From assembly GCA_964057225.1 (NCBI GenBank), contig OZ059900.1:14074001-14138000 (forward strand): DNA of 64,000 nt, written 5' to 3'. The first letter of the stretch is position 1. Every line of letters begins with the position of its first letter. The DNA is from Auanema rhodensis (Eukaryota; Animalia; Nematoda). Made by a program: the position numbers and the translations under genes. Positions 24,168-38,193 of this stretch are shown piece after piece. The notes under the pieces are model-generated. The model was not told where the DNA came from, made no database searches, and was given only the letters and a program-made list of their open reading frames with translations.

Positions 24168-27100
24168 TCATGGTTTCAAGGCTGGAGCATATGTATCCGT
24201 ACTAAATTCATAACTGTCGTCAACTGCTCTGAAACAAATGCTATAAGTAAAAACGATTATAATTAATATCTGCGTTACTGTTTTGAAAAATGATTTTTCT
24301 GAGGAACTGAAGTGGTTTTGAGAGCCATATGTATTAAAGGTACAACAAATATTGTTGTTAGAAGTAAAGTTAATCCAAAAGCAATCTATAAAAGAATTTT
24401 TTTGAAAAGTCACATGAATCAAGCTAACCAATGGATCGACAATGTTTGAGCAAAATCCATGAACCGGTAACTTCAGAATATCAGTAATAGTACGACATGG
24501 TATAAGCTCCGATTTCACCTGAATTCTTGTTTTATATTCATTTTTTTAAAATCAAAATACCTTATTTTGTAATTGAGTAATGTATTGATCGATACCATTT
24601 CTGAGACTTATCATTTCCGCTTTTGTTTCTCTGCGAATTTCCGTTTTCACATCGCTCAAAACTATTTTTTTTCCTCTGTTCAAATTACCCAATGAGTTTT
24701 GTATTGCATTACGAATCGCGCTGACTCTGAAAAACATTATCAATTAATGTTGTCATTTTAAAAGTTATATTAACCTGTTTTCATGAGATATTGAGCTTAG
24801 CCGAACTGTATCGATTATTTTTCTCAAAGGAGCTGCTAAGTGAGCATTAAAATCGTTGATTAATTCAATCATCTTAAATATATATAAACTTATTAAGTAT
24901 GTTAATATTATTGAAACCGATTTTATTTGATTAGGAAGTCTTATCACATTTTTCTTAGTTTCATCCGTAAATGCTTCTAACTTCTCAATAAAATTCAGCC
25001 TAGCATGTTCCTTTCTTAGCTAAAATTCACAGCAATGAAAACTATATTGATTTGTTTTTACCTTGATTTCAGTATCATTAGACTGTTTGTCAGGTTTCAT
25101 TTTGCTTATTTCTTCCAATAAATCTATCATATTATCGGATATGAAAAAGCTTATAGGAGGAAAATTCAAATCAGGTAAATCTGACAGAGTCTGCGTTAAT
25201 AAATCAGATAAAGTTCTGTATGCATCTTTTTCGAATTCCTAAAATTAGTTTCAATTTTACAACAAAAAAAGTATAATTCGCTTACTTTAATTTGATCTAG
25301 ATGAAAATATTTATCGAGACCAAAAATAACAAACAATGTTTCATTTTCTTGACAGGATCTGAGAATTTGGGAGGGTGTTCGACTGCTTATCAAATTATAA
25401 ACATTAGGCTTGATTTGTCCTTGCACATGAAGTTCATCAATATACCGCTCAATAAGCTGTAAGAGCATAACAATTCTATTTGTTTTGATAAATTAAACAA
25501 ACTGAAACAAAATCAGGTCGGAGTATTGGATCGCGAATGGGATCACATATCATGTACGATGTGTTTCCTGCTGTGACTAACAATACAGATGCCAGCCATC
25601 CTGTCATTATTAAGATAAATATCTTCAACCCAAGTCCACTAGAACGATATTATGTTGAATTGTATATATTTGTATAACTATATGTACAATTTGAGAAACT
25701 TCTTTCCGGTTATTGTATTGCATCCCGTTGTATTGTAGATTTCAGAATTGCACACACATATCAAAGCTCCAAATAAGAAGAAAAATGAGCCAGCCACTAA
25801 TAGTGCACAGAAAACAGTTAAGCTAATCCATCTGTAGTTATTGAATTAAAATAGTTAAATATAAGGAAACGCTACATAATGTTTGTGACCGAAGAACTCG
25901 CATCATCGTTGAAAATGATGTCCACATTCTTGTACATAAAGTCTAGATTAACCTGGAAAATATATTGATAGTTTGAAAAAGTTTCAAGTTAACCAACACT
26001 TCTGGCCTGATTAGATATTGTTTCAAACATTACAAATAGATCATCACCAATTTTTCTCATTGCATCAAAAAATTCTTCAAAATAAAGATATCTGGTAATT
26101 ATCAAAAGTTTGACTTACGTGGACTCAAAATTTTACTATCGATTTCGTTACTTAAAAAAGTTTCAAATTTACTTAGTTGCAAGGATGAATTGTTCCCTAA
26201 CGTTTCAAGACCTAAGTCAGAAACTGATTGTACGTATTGTGATAAAGCTGCCGGAAGAACATCCTTAAAGTAACTTTGGTATTCGTTAAACTATCATGCT
26301 TCGTACCTCTTTTTGAAGTTCAAATAATGGGTGATCTAGTGATTCTAAAAGATTTAATGCCTGTAAACATGCATCCTTGGATAATTCGGTTTCTTTTTGC
26401 AAACACTCATGAAGATCTTGAGAAACAGTTTTTCTGAGACGAGTAAAACCAATCTTAAATTAAAATTGATCTGTGCTTTAATGAAAATTATTTATACATG
26501 AGCCTTCTGAGACAATTCGTTTAAGCTGTCAATATCTCTAAAAGTCATTTGCATATCTTGCAGTAAGATCTTCGAATCTAAAACGTATATTCTTAACCTA
26601 AACAGTTAAATTCAAAATATAACCTTCACCAACTGTTTTGAGAACTTCAATTGCATCTAATCCTGTAAATTTTTTTAATTCTTTGATGATATTCTGTGAA
26701 GATGATGTAATTCTCTGTATTGTCGTTTGATTCATTTGTTGAAAGTCATCCAAGAGAATACTTTGTAATTTCTAGAAATAAAAAAGAAATTTGTATGAAT
26801 TTCTTTCATTTAACCTTTTCATTTTGATTACGATATAGTAAAACATCATCCAGAGACTGACGAAGTTTTAAGCGCAATGTGGTATAGCCATATCGAGAGT
26901 ATTGCGCAAGTAAAACGCATGTGGTAACCATCAATCTGTAATAAAGAACTTACTACTTTTCTACTAACCGTTTAACATACATATCAAAACAGATTAAGAA
27001 TAAAAAGGAAACTGAAACGTTTTTTCTTTTTTTCTCAGGACTTCTTTTTCTTCTCATACAACATGCTGACCAGCAGCTTGATAATAATCTTAAAAATTTG

Positions 27101-28307
27101 TAAATTCATAAATGTTTCGAGAAAAAAAAATGAGATCTAACCTAAATATTATGTACAACAATGGTAGAATATAACTTATCGTTAGACACATTGCAAACAG
27201 TACAATCCATCCAATTTGCCATTGAAGCCACTAAATTTATGAAAATCGTAATTAATAAGATCGTATTTTTTATTAATTTTCTAATAATTTGAGTACTAAT
27301 TCAGTTTTTTTGATTGAAACAGCATGTTCGAAAAAATAAAAATTGTATTGCTTCTTTTCGATAAATTTTATTTTGCTCATATATAGGTCTTCAAAGACAT
27401 AACAGTGTATTTGTTTGAGTTGTCACGGTAGATAAGTTACGGGTCACTAATATCAGACCCTTTAACTATAAGAAGCTATTTGATTTTGAAGAATATGAAC
27501 AAGATTAGGTGTTCGAGTAATCTGGTTAAACTCATCAACATAAAACTCTTTAAGTGATGTTGTACTGTTTACATTGTGCGGCGAAAGAACTAAAGAAGGT
27601 CTTGTATGTTCAGACTGACCGCCAATACAAGAGAACTTCACGAAAAAACAGTTAATGATGACTCTCTGTTCAGAAAAGAAAACAATCAAACATGTAAAAA
27701 GAAGCAATATGAGATAGAAAATGACTAAATACTACATTTAACTTCTGTGTTGCTGCTTTGTTATCTCAACACGCACCGTTTTTCAATTCTTACAATAGTG
27801 TTGATAGATGTTTTGCTTTTAGTTATTTTGTTTTATGTAAATGTGGTGACGAATTTATCTTTTTCAAATATGAGGAGAAAAGAATTTCTATGTGAATTCA
27901 AATTTTTTTGCTACGAACGATAGAACTGTACATTTTTAAAAATTGATTATATGGATGAGGAGATATACGATAAATCACTAACTTCAGAATAATTATTTTG
28001 TAGAGATATAGTAACATCAGAAACATTTCCAAATAATGCTGAAGTAGTTAATAATTCTGTAAATTAACATCTGTCAAAAAAATAAAGATTTTTTTTGATT
28101 ACCTTGATGAGGAATGGGGTTCGAGATCCAGGCGATTAAAGTATGCAATGCATTTTTCAATTCTAAGAACAATTCAGCTGATTTTTCTTCATGCAACCAA
28201 TTAATGGATTCATAAATGCTATTGTTTTCCTCAAGAGTTAAATGGGAACTGTTTATTAAATATGGAATTGATAAAGATATCAGAAAACAGATTGAGGAAT
28301 ACTTCAT
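24168..28307 (-). CDS. Prominin (CD133)-like pentaspan glycoprotein
   Basis: Signal peptide, TM followed by SSCWSACC, ICDPIRDP, RSCQENETLFVIFGL, PCRTITDI...FCSNIVDPL and a final TM. Many short introns; the 5' end is less certain. Confidence 0.75.
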
Positions 28308-30690
28308 GCCTAGTTAACCATTCACAGAACAGCGTGGTTTAACAGACCTAAATTGTCATAAGAATTAGATGTAAAATAAAATCTTTAATTGAATTATTTT
28401 GAGTTTATAAGAAGCTATCTGTAAAAAACATCGGAAAACTAGAAATTGTATATAGAATATTATATATAGAAAATCGCGTTTGTTGCGTCAGACATCTGAA
28501 CCAAAACTAAGATACACGAGAATTGCGTCAAAAACGATTAATCTTATATTAAACATCGAATATATATATTATAACAAGTCAAAACTTATAGGAATGGCTG
28601 TAACAAAAAGAATACTGGTCTAATTTTTAGTGTCTTGGTCACTAGCAATTGTATAGCTATATACAGTCAAAGTAAGAGAACAGAGATGAAGAGTACTAAG
28701 TGCGCGGGAAGTTAGGGGAGAAACAGACAGAAAAGGATAAGATGAGCGCGATGAGGATGTTTTCGTACTGTTCATTGTATTTGATTAAAGGAGGAGCTTT
28801 GCGCAAGACGGGTCTACGTAATCATCCACTCTACACGAAATCTATACTTACGGCCATAAAGAAAATGAGAACAAAGAAAAGAAACTTTGTTTGCAAGCAT
28901 GTATAAAACTATATTGTATTTAAAATGTGTGAAGAGTATTGACTTTTTTGTACATTTGCTAATTTTTTAATTTATATAAACTATATTGTAGAAATAAATC
29001 TGTTTACGTTCATTCTGACTATATACGTTGACTTTTTATTAACCAAACTAATGCATACAATTCTGTCATTCCAAATAGCGAAGATTATACTCCGCGATGA
29101 ACCGAACCATTTACAAAATTAGAAATTTTCCATTTAAGCTGAGTATTGGATTATAACTCTAATAGACATTTATCGATTATATATTATTTAGAGAAGAATA
29201 TTGTTTCCTTTTTTCTTTTTTCGTGACATTGCTCGTCCGATTGTTCGGTTTATTTGTGTTTTTCATGAAATAATTAATTCATCACATGATAAAAACCTGA
29301 TAAAAATTGAAAGTTTTTTTATCAAATAAATATTGAAACTATTTGTAACCAATTGTACCAAAAAATTGGTTGCAGTTATGTCATCAGGTCTTCTCTACAA
29401 TATCGGAATGACACATGCCACGGTTTAGCGATTTAATCAATATATTGTGTTCTCAACGCCTGCAACCATAAAATCAATATTTTTTATTGAAATCATCAAC
29501 TCTGTCTTGTACACTTAGTCTCCATAATTTTTTCCATGGTCTTGATTCTTTATCGATGTAATTCTCAAGCATTCCCTTATTGGTTGACTGACGCCATTAT
29601 CTCTAACAGTCAATGTCTTTTTTCTGTTACTCGGTCAACCTTTTCGCTCACTTTCTTCTTGTGTTTATATCAGTTCTCTATTTCTTTTCTCATCTCTCTC
29701 ATTCTCTTGTGCTAGCTTACTTTTTTCTTCATCCCTCTTCAATTCGCGCAGTCATCTGTCTTTTCTCAAAGTCATTCTTAGTATTTCTGCATATATACAT
29801 TGTCAAAGTGTCTATTTTTTTTTTGCGCACTATGCAAACCTAGTCTTCACTCATACGCATAGATATCTCCACATAAGCACTTCTTTGCTTTTCAGAACAG
29901 AAATCACTTGTTTTATTTGAACTTGATTGATTTGGTCTTTAAAAAATTTTTAATAGTATAATGAATTTTTTCTATTACTCATCAGAATAAGGAATATTAT
30001 TCTGCATATAGATGTTTTTCATTGTAAAAATTAATTTCAACTTGATAGGAAAGAATTTATTTAAACTTATTTTTGAATTTTCTATATTTCAAACTGAATT
30101 GCTTTGTAATCACTTTTTCTTTCTTATCATAGTATGTGATTGAATAGTATAAAACCAATCTTTTTTCGGTGCTGAGCACGCAATGTTCGTTCACCCGGAA
30201 ATAGTTACAAGAATTGTTTTTTGGATATAATATACCATATAATAGGCCGAATCATAATTTTTCATCTTTTTCATTGTTGTTTACCAATTCTGCTTTGTTC
30301 TTGTTTTGCTTTTGTTTCATTATGTTGAGTTTTTGTAATTTTTATTTTAAAAAAAATAATTTTTTAAACAAAAAAAATAATAATAAGACAGTTAATTTCA
30401 ATGAAAAAAAGATATAATGGGCGTTACGTTAAAATTTGATGCGTACAGAATATGCGTGGGATGCCATAGAATTATTCATTATTAAAAAGCATGAATCATT
30501 GTAATCGTATTGCTTAACCATTTCGTCATTCTCTTATCAAAATCGTTTATAATGTTAACGTTGTGATTTGTCACTATTATTTATTATTTCGCTGTTGTTT
30601 ACGTTTATATCTATCTACTAGTTTTCGAGAATTATATGTTTTAGATTTTTTTATATGGTTTCTTATAAAGCCAAGAAATGTAGGACACAA

Positions 30691-33600
30691 ATGCATATCA
30701 TTACATATTTTCTGCTTTTGCTGTTCATAGGTCCTGTTTTGAGTGAGCTAAATTTTAACGCATTAAAATTGAAAAACTTGGACAAGAATACACAAGTCAG
30801 TACTCTCTTTGTTTGCCACATTACACATTTTTTTGTGTTTCAGGTACTTGCTATAGATATATCATATGGATCAATTGCACTTGGTTGTTTGGATAGCATA
30901 TTCATTTACGATACAAATGAAAAAAATCTTTCTGATAGCATACTTCTTGGAGTTGTCGCCATTCCAACACCCATATCCAATGATGGTTACTTAGAATTAA
31001 AACTTCTGAGTTCACATCAAGTTGTCTACTGTGATAATGCAAACTGCAGGTGCGTGTTACAGAATATCTAGAAACTATATTTGTGATTTAGAATTTGCAC
31101 CGTGACTAAAACAAAAGCTTCATGTTCAACCTTAGATTTGAAATTGAATGGTAAAGAGCTCACAAATCTTGAAAATGCTGTAGTTACGCACGGTAAAAAC
31201 GATAGATTATTTTTGCGTGTCGTACAAAAGGATGAATCAATGTCTGAATTGAATCAAGCAGCAATTTTATCCTTTGATATTCAAGATACAGGGTAATTAT
31301 TCAGGAGATTTGATTTTCTCTGAAGTATGTGTTTTTCAGAGATTTGTCAGCAGATCAAATTGCTCAAGATCCTCCATACATCCAGCAGTTAAAAACTGTT
31401 TATGGATTTATGTATAAATCTTTTTCTTTTTACATAAGTTCCTCATATCAACCTAATGAGCCGGTTATTTACGCAAACTTGCCATCGGAGAATACAACTA
31501 TGTTAAAAATCAGCAGGTTTTTCATTTTCTTATACAATTTTTATAATTAAAAAATGCTAAAGGATATGTATAAATGATAAAACGCCTCTTTTGGAATCAA
31601 GAATTGATCACGCATTGACTTGTGGAGCTGCTTGTATGTTCTTATAAATTTATAATTTTTATAACCTATCATTATGTAAAATTAATACAAAAATCAAGTA
31701 ATAATTACAGCTACATTTGTAAGTGTTGATGCATCCTTCTTTGACAGTACAGCAGATACACTTTTCGTTTCTACAACTCATAAGAACGTACGTTTTTAAT
31801 TTGTGTTTAAAAAGTTTTATTACGTTTTATATACTTCTTAGGGAGAACATATTGTCTGCTCATTCAACATGACTAAATTGAATGATGCAATAAGCAATAC
31901 ATGGGATGAATGCCAAAATGTAACTTTGCTTACTGTAAACAGGGTATTTCAATTGTAATGTTTATAAATTATTGTTTAATTATATCCAAGGACTGTCAAA
32001 GAGCCAGATCAAACCGAGAGCTTCAAGATCATTGCTATATTGTTTCGAGAACAGCTGAAAGTTATCGAAGACAAGCTTGTGTAAAATTTGGACTGGTAAA
32101 CTTTAAAAGGAAAGATTATTATTATACTTTTGTTATTTTTGCAGGGTGACGCTATATATGATAATTGCCGTTTGCATGAGGCCAAAATCAACACCTATAG
32201 ATACGGTTGGCTAGAAAATTTTAAACCAGTATCTGGTGATGTAATCGCAAGGTACATTCATATATCGAAAATATAATTATTAAATGTCTCTCTAGAATTG
32301 GTACAGGGAAAGTAACATCACTTTTACCTGACAAATACTATTCAGCCCTCTTTGTGGGTATCAAAAAAAATAATAATCATGACATACATCGGGTATGTTT
32401 CACATAAGAAATCAATAATATTTATAACCAGAGGTTTATTTTAGTTATTAACTGATGTCGATAATCCCAACGAATTGAATAAAATTGTATGGACTACTAA
32501 AACTGAATTTAATTCTCATAATCCTATGGCTAGCCAAAAGGATGGAACAGAGCTTATATTCATTAATCAGACTTCAGTTAACTCAATTTCTCATTATTGT
32601 TCATACTGTAATATTTCCAGGTGTCAAGTCTAAAAATCGATTGCCCAAGCTTGTACACAACATGTGAAACATTAGAACAAGGTAGAATATTTTGAAGTAT
32701 TGTGCATCATACGAATATTTTTAGGTGGTTTTTATGATAATTTGGGTTGTGTATGGTGTCCTGATGGAGAAAAGATAGGAGCATTATCTTCAATCAATAA
32801 GCTTGGATGTACCCAGCCTTTAACTGCCTTATGTCCCCCCGTCATTGATCATGTAAGCATATATATAGTTTTTTATAAACAGTATAAAGCGCATATTATA
32901 GGCAAACAGGGATGAGACTTTCTTAGACTGGCAAGTATTTGGTTATAATCTTGACCGCTTGAAAGATACATATGTGCTCATATGTGGTGAAAAGTGTTTT
33001 GTGAATCAAACCTTATCTAACAGTCTCAAGTTGAAGAATTATAACAATTATTCTTTTAACATATAATTTTGCAGGCTACATTGTTCATTGCCTACAGAGA
33101 AAGATACAAACTGTGATGTGAAGATTATTGGAAATTTAGGAGATTACAACCAATTCATAATGAAATCTCCTAAAGTAACAAGTAGTGTACTTCTAGGAGC
33201 AGACGACAATGTTACACGCTCTAGTAAATCATCATTCAAGTAACTTTCTTTTATTGTTCGGTGCATCAAAAATCCTACTTGTCTAGAGCATGGAAAGCAA
33301 TTTTAGCTGTGTTAGTTGTGATTCTTATTGTGTTTGCTATTTTGGGGCTCATATGGTTTGCAAGAAACCGAATTAAGGTAAGAATTATGATTTGGCTCGT
33401 ATGTCTACTTGATTCTTATAATATAATATGGAATATTAATGCTTAAAACTTTAGCGCCAAACTGAAAGACCAAAGTTGGATACACCTATGAATACTTTAG
33501 GTAAGAAACATTACGGTACTATGAACATAAGAGATTTATCAACTAATTCAAATTTTTTCAGATCCTGTTCTTTCAATTGGGAATTCTTACAAAATGGGTG

Positions 33601-34828
33601 ATAGTATATTCGATTTGTACGAACATGTTTTTCATAATAATGTTCCTCCTCACTTATTGATCAAACCAGCAGAAATTAAATTGGAAGCTCAAATAGGAAG
33701 TGGTATTAATTTATTTTTTTCAAATAATGCTGATATGCACGTTTTTTCAGGAAATTTCGGAACAGTTTATAAAGCACGTTTAATGAGAGAAAATACCTCT
33801 GCAACTGTAGCTTGTAAAACTATGAAACGTAAGTGCATATTAAAATAGTATACGCATTATTTATTTCATGTATTGAAGGCTGTAGTAATGACACAGCTCC
33901 TCGTTGTTCGGAATTCATTAGTGAGGGACTTGTACTTACTAACTTTGATCATGAAAATGTAATTAAACTAATTGGCATGGCATATGATGAAGGAAGTCCG
34001 ATAATCGTCATTGAATATATGGAACATCAAGATTTATATCATTATTTGAGACAAGAAAACGTAACAATCTTAAATGATATATTCATCTATATTTTATTCT
34101 TTCAGTATATTGAGTTACGTGCTATCCTTAAATTCGCTACAAATATTGCTGATGGGATGGCTCACATTCATGCTGCAAACTACATTCATCGAGATCTCGC
34201 TGCAAGAAATTGCACGTATGTTTTATAAATTTTACAAAAATGTAAATTGAACAAAATTTTTGTGACATTACAGAATCGATTCCAACTTTGTTGTTAAAAT
34301 AACAGATTTCGGACTTTGTCGTGAAGTAGATACTGACAGGGTTTACATAGCACAAGATGAAGGAAGACGTCTTCCGGTCCGCTGGATGCCATTGGAAGCC
34401 ATGGATACACAACATGTATGTTAAAATGCTTTTTCTACTTTTGTTCAAATTCTAAATTGTCCAGTTCGAAAAATCTGGAGACGTTTGGGCGTACGGCGTT
34501 TTAATGTGGGAATTAATGACTAGATGTTTAACACCATATGAAGGAATGAGTTTGGCTCAGTTAAAAGAATTTTTGGCAGAAGGAAAACGCTTAGAAGCAC
34601 CTACGTATTGTCCTCTTATAATGTAAGAAGTTGCATTTTGCAAAAAAAAAAATTGTTTTTTGTAGATATGAAAGGGCTATGAATGCTTGCTGGAATGCTG
34701 CTCCTGAACTCAGGCCTACGTTTGATGAACTATCTGTTATTATCAGGGAAATCATAGCAGAAATGGAAAGCGAAGAAAGTCAAAGGAAGTTATTGAATGC
34801 TCATTATGAAAGGGTGAGTTCTGCATAA
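30691..34828 (+). CDS. svh-2: Met/Ron-like receptor tyrosine kinase
   Basis: Signal peptide, Cys-rich Sema-like region, PSI (GCVWC), IPT start (CPPVIDH) and TM, then kinase motifs GSGNFGTVY, VACK, HRDLAARNC, DFGL, LPVRWM and DVWAYGVLMWE. The gene symbol is inferred from the architecture. Confidence 0.8.
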
Positions 34829-35640
34829 ATGTGTGTACAAATCCCACGTGTTCGCGTATACTTTCTTTTTTTTTGTTCAGATAATAAAAAGATTTTTACA
34901 AAATTTATTTTAGCTTAGTGATTGTAGTGTGACTCCAGTTCGTAGTAGTGCTACTTCTTTAAGAGGTAATGGAACAACGCCTACATAATATTTTGTTCTA
35001 TTAATTTCAAAAATTTGAAGAACAACTATTTGTTATAAATTTACTGTACTCACGTTTAAAGTTACTTTTAATATATTTATTTTTGACATTTTTTCTTCAT
35101 TGTATGCATTTCTTTCAAATTTTTAATATTGTTTATGAACGAAAGTTCAGTTACATGCCTCTTTTGCCATATCTGTACGTTACTCTATGTGTGACTTTTT
35201 GATCTCTAACTATGTTTGATTAGAATGTTTGTATTTCACACTTAAACATGATTCGACAATATAACATTTGAACATTTTAAGTAAGACTTATGTTACTTGT
35301 AACTTGTGTTACCTTTGCTCTGTTATCCATAAATGAACAATAAAAATAAAGTTGGAAAGAACCAAAATCTATAAAATTAATGTGTTGAAATTGAAATATA
35401 TTTTTTCCATCTGTTTTATCAAACAGAAGTATTTTATCTTTTATTTAAACTAAATATTCGCTAGTATTTATGATTATTCTATGCCACATTCGTTCCTTTT
35501 TCGCCTAAATTGCGCTCTATTGTTAATTGCGCGAATTTTTGAATTTTTGAATTTTCATTAATCAATACAATTGCATCAGAAGTTTTTGATGAACTGTTAT
35601 TTATTATCTTCAATCTCTGCTGTTTCTTTGTGTTGTGGTT

Positions 35641-35728
35641 TGTATGGACACTAATTCAGTTATAAGAAATTTATTATTGTGATTTGTATAGACAATAATT
35701 CAGTTATAAGAAATTTATTATTGTGATT
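35641..35728 (+). repeat. 44-bp tandem duplication (2 copies)
   Basis: tgtat(g/a)gaca(c/a)taattcagttataagaaatttattattgtgatt x2. Confidence 0.9.
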
Positions 35729-38193
35729 ATTATCGGTTTGATGTGAACAGATTATAACAAATGGTTCTCAGTTCACAGAAGTTTCCTTAGATGAAAATAT
35801 ACCTCTTTTGGCATTTGTCCGTACGATTAATCATGCAGATCTTATCAAAACACGCCACCTTCACACTTCGAGCGATTATTGCTTTTGTTTCTCTTTGTTC
35901 AACAAGTATTAAGTGAGTCTATCGCAAATCTCGCCATCTGGCCCCACCATTATCTCTTTAATGGGAAGAATGACAGCATTTCTCAGATAAGACAAAGTGA
36001 TTGCTGCAGACTATTCTTTATGAACATTCTTTAATTGTGATGTTTTCCTTTGTTTGCATTTTGTTACGAATGATGTTCAAAATCAAACTTCTTTTATTTA
36101 GTCTATAGAATTTATGTTGTTTTCTTACTTGAAAAATCTTGCTACATTAAATATTCGACATATCTCTCAACTTATGGAGCACTTTTCTTCCTAAAATCGT
36201 ACGATTTTTGTTTTCCAACTCATATTTCCATTTTTTATGATAATTCAAAAATGGGTTTTATTATAGTTGACCTTGATAGATTAGAAGAAATATTGTTCTT
36301 TTTCGGATTTCACGCTCATCTCTCTCTCTATCGTTTCTTCTCTCTTTTTTTCCTTCACCTCTCTATCACTTTATCATTATTCCCCTTTCTTTTTCTTTTT
36401 CCATTTATCGCTTTCCATTCATTTTTGCCTATGAAATATTACACTATAAACAGTTTTCATTAATTCTTTATTAATAAACTTATTTAATTTTCTTCTTTTC
36501 CTTTTTCTTAATTTGTTTTGAATTATTATATAGTTAGCATACAGGCAGCATGTCTCTCTTACTTAAAAAAATTATAACAATCTGATTCAAGGTTGCTGTA
36601 GTTCACTTTTTGTTTTCTAAGCGATCATGCTGAGTCGCAGTTTTAAAATTTTGGACTCTTTGATTTTTTTTTTGTTTTTTTTTTGAAACAAAATCTTAAA
36701 AAAATAGACTCATCGCATTTGTCATGTTTAGGTTATGTTTTTTGGTTTTCAAAACAAAATAATGATTTAATATTTTTGAATGATTATATGAAATGCGAGT
36801 TTTCAAACTTTTTGAAAAACTTATAGAAGCAATGTGTAATTCAACTGTGACTCAAAGAGAAGTAAAAGTGGCAGATTGTAAAATATCTGGACTCACTACA
36901 TCGCCTTTCGTTCAGTTAGTTGATCTCTTCGAGTATTTTTATTTTTGGTTGTTGTTTTTCAATTCATTTTTTGCTTTCTTATTTAACAAAATGACATACG
37001 AATGGACATTTTTAAAGCATTATCTTATTTGAATATATCTCTCATTTTCGAAAACGTTTTTTCGCTGTGATGTAATGTACATATGATATGTCGCTGCATA
37101 TTGCACTTTTCAACGTCTCTTCTATAATTTTTTTATTTTCTCCACGAATTTTGTTGCCCTTGTCAAACGATATTTTCAATTTTCGTGTGAATTACTTTGA
37201 TGATGTTGATGATTATATTGCCTATATTTCCATTAATGTTTGAAAATAGAAATTATTCCCATTATGCATTGTCATTATTTTTATTCTTCTTCTCAAGCAT
37301 ATTCGATATTCATATAAGCAGTTCTTTCAATTAGCACCATTTTCAGTAACAAAATTTAGTTTTTTTTTTGTTAAAAATGATCAATGTTCTCAGTCGAGTT
37401 TTATAGTAACATACCAATAAGAGAAATTTTGTCATTGATTATCTGCGCACTCCGTTCTGAATGAATCCTCCCCACCCGACCTTTGTGAACCTGTTTCTGT
37501 TTCTTTTTGCATTTGCATCAGAATATAAAATTCTTTTTTATTCATCTTGAAATTTTCTATTGCTTTACAAGCATTTGTTTATTTTCACATTAATCAATAT
37601 CTTCATGTTTTTTTTTCTAATTTTTTTAGCTTCACACATTTTGATTCGTTATATTCAATGCTGTCATGTGTAACTAAGATTTTTGTAATTTTTTTTATCA
37701 GATGCCTTATTCTATAGTGATTTTCTTGATCTTTTTGTTTCTAATTAGAAATCAGAAGTGTATTTTTTTGAATTAGTTAGACAAATATCATCATTATCTA
37801 TCTCTCTATATTTTTAAAATCCTATTTAAAAAATTTTTAATCTCATTTTTATTGATTCTTAGTTGTAGGCTATGATTGTATTTCAAGAAACTAACACATC
37901 AGCGATTGCAAAAGTTTTATTTCCGGTGAAATAATGTTGCGATTTGTTCCCTGATAAATGCGAAAAGTTTCAATTTACAATTCTTGATATTGTGTTGCAA
38001 GAATATTTTATCTCTTTCTAAACTATAGATTCGGGTGTGAAAAATATTTTCCCAGTTCACATAGTTGATGATTACGAATAAGAAATGGCAAAAAAATTAT
38101 TTATGAATGCCGGGCAATCAATCTATTAATAAAGTTCTTGCTATTTGACTTGTATGATTCTTGTTACTTGTTTCATTATATACTAATTTCAGA

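Noticed and set aside
34830-38190. Long gene-free interval with hydrophobic short ORFs (also 28400-30650 and 57300-59000)
   Set aside because: The F/L/S-rich ORFs reflect pyrimidine tracts, and no tRNA, rRNA or miRNA hairpin could be recognised. Probably regulatory or UTR sequence.
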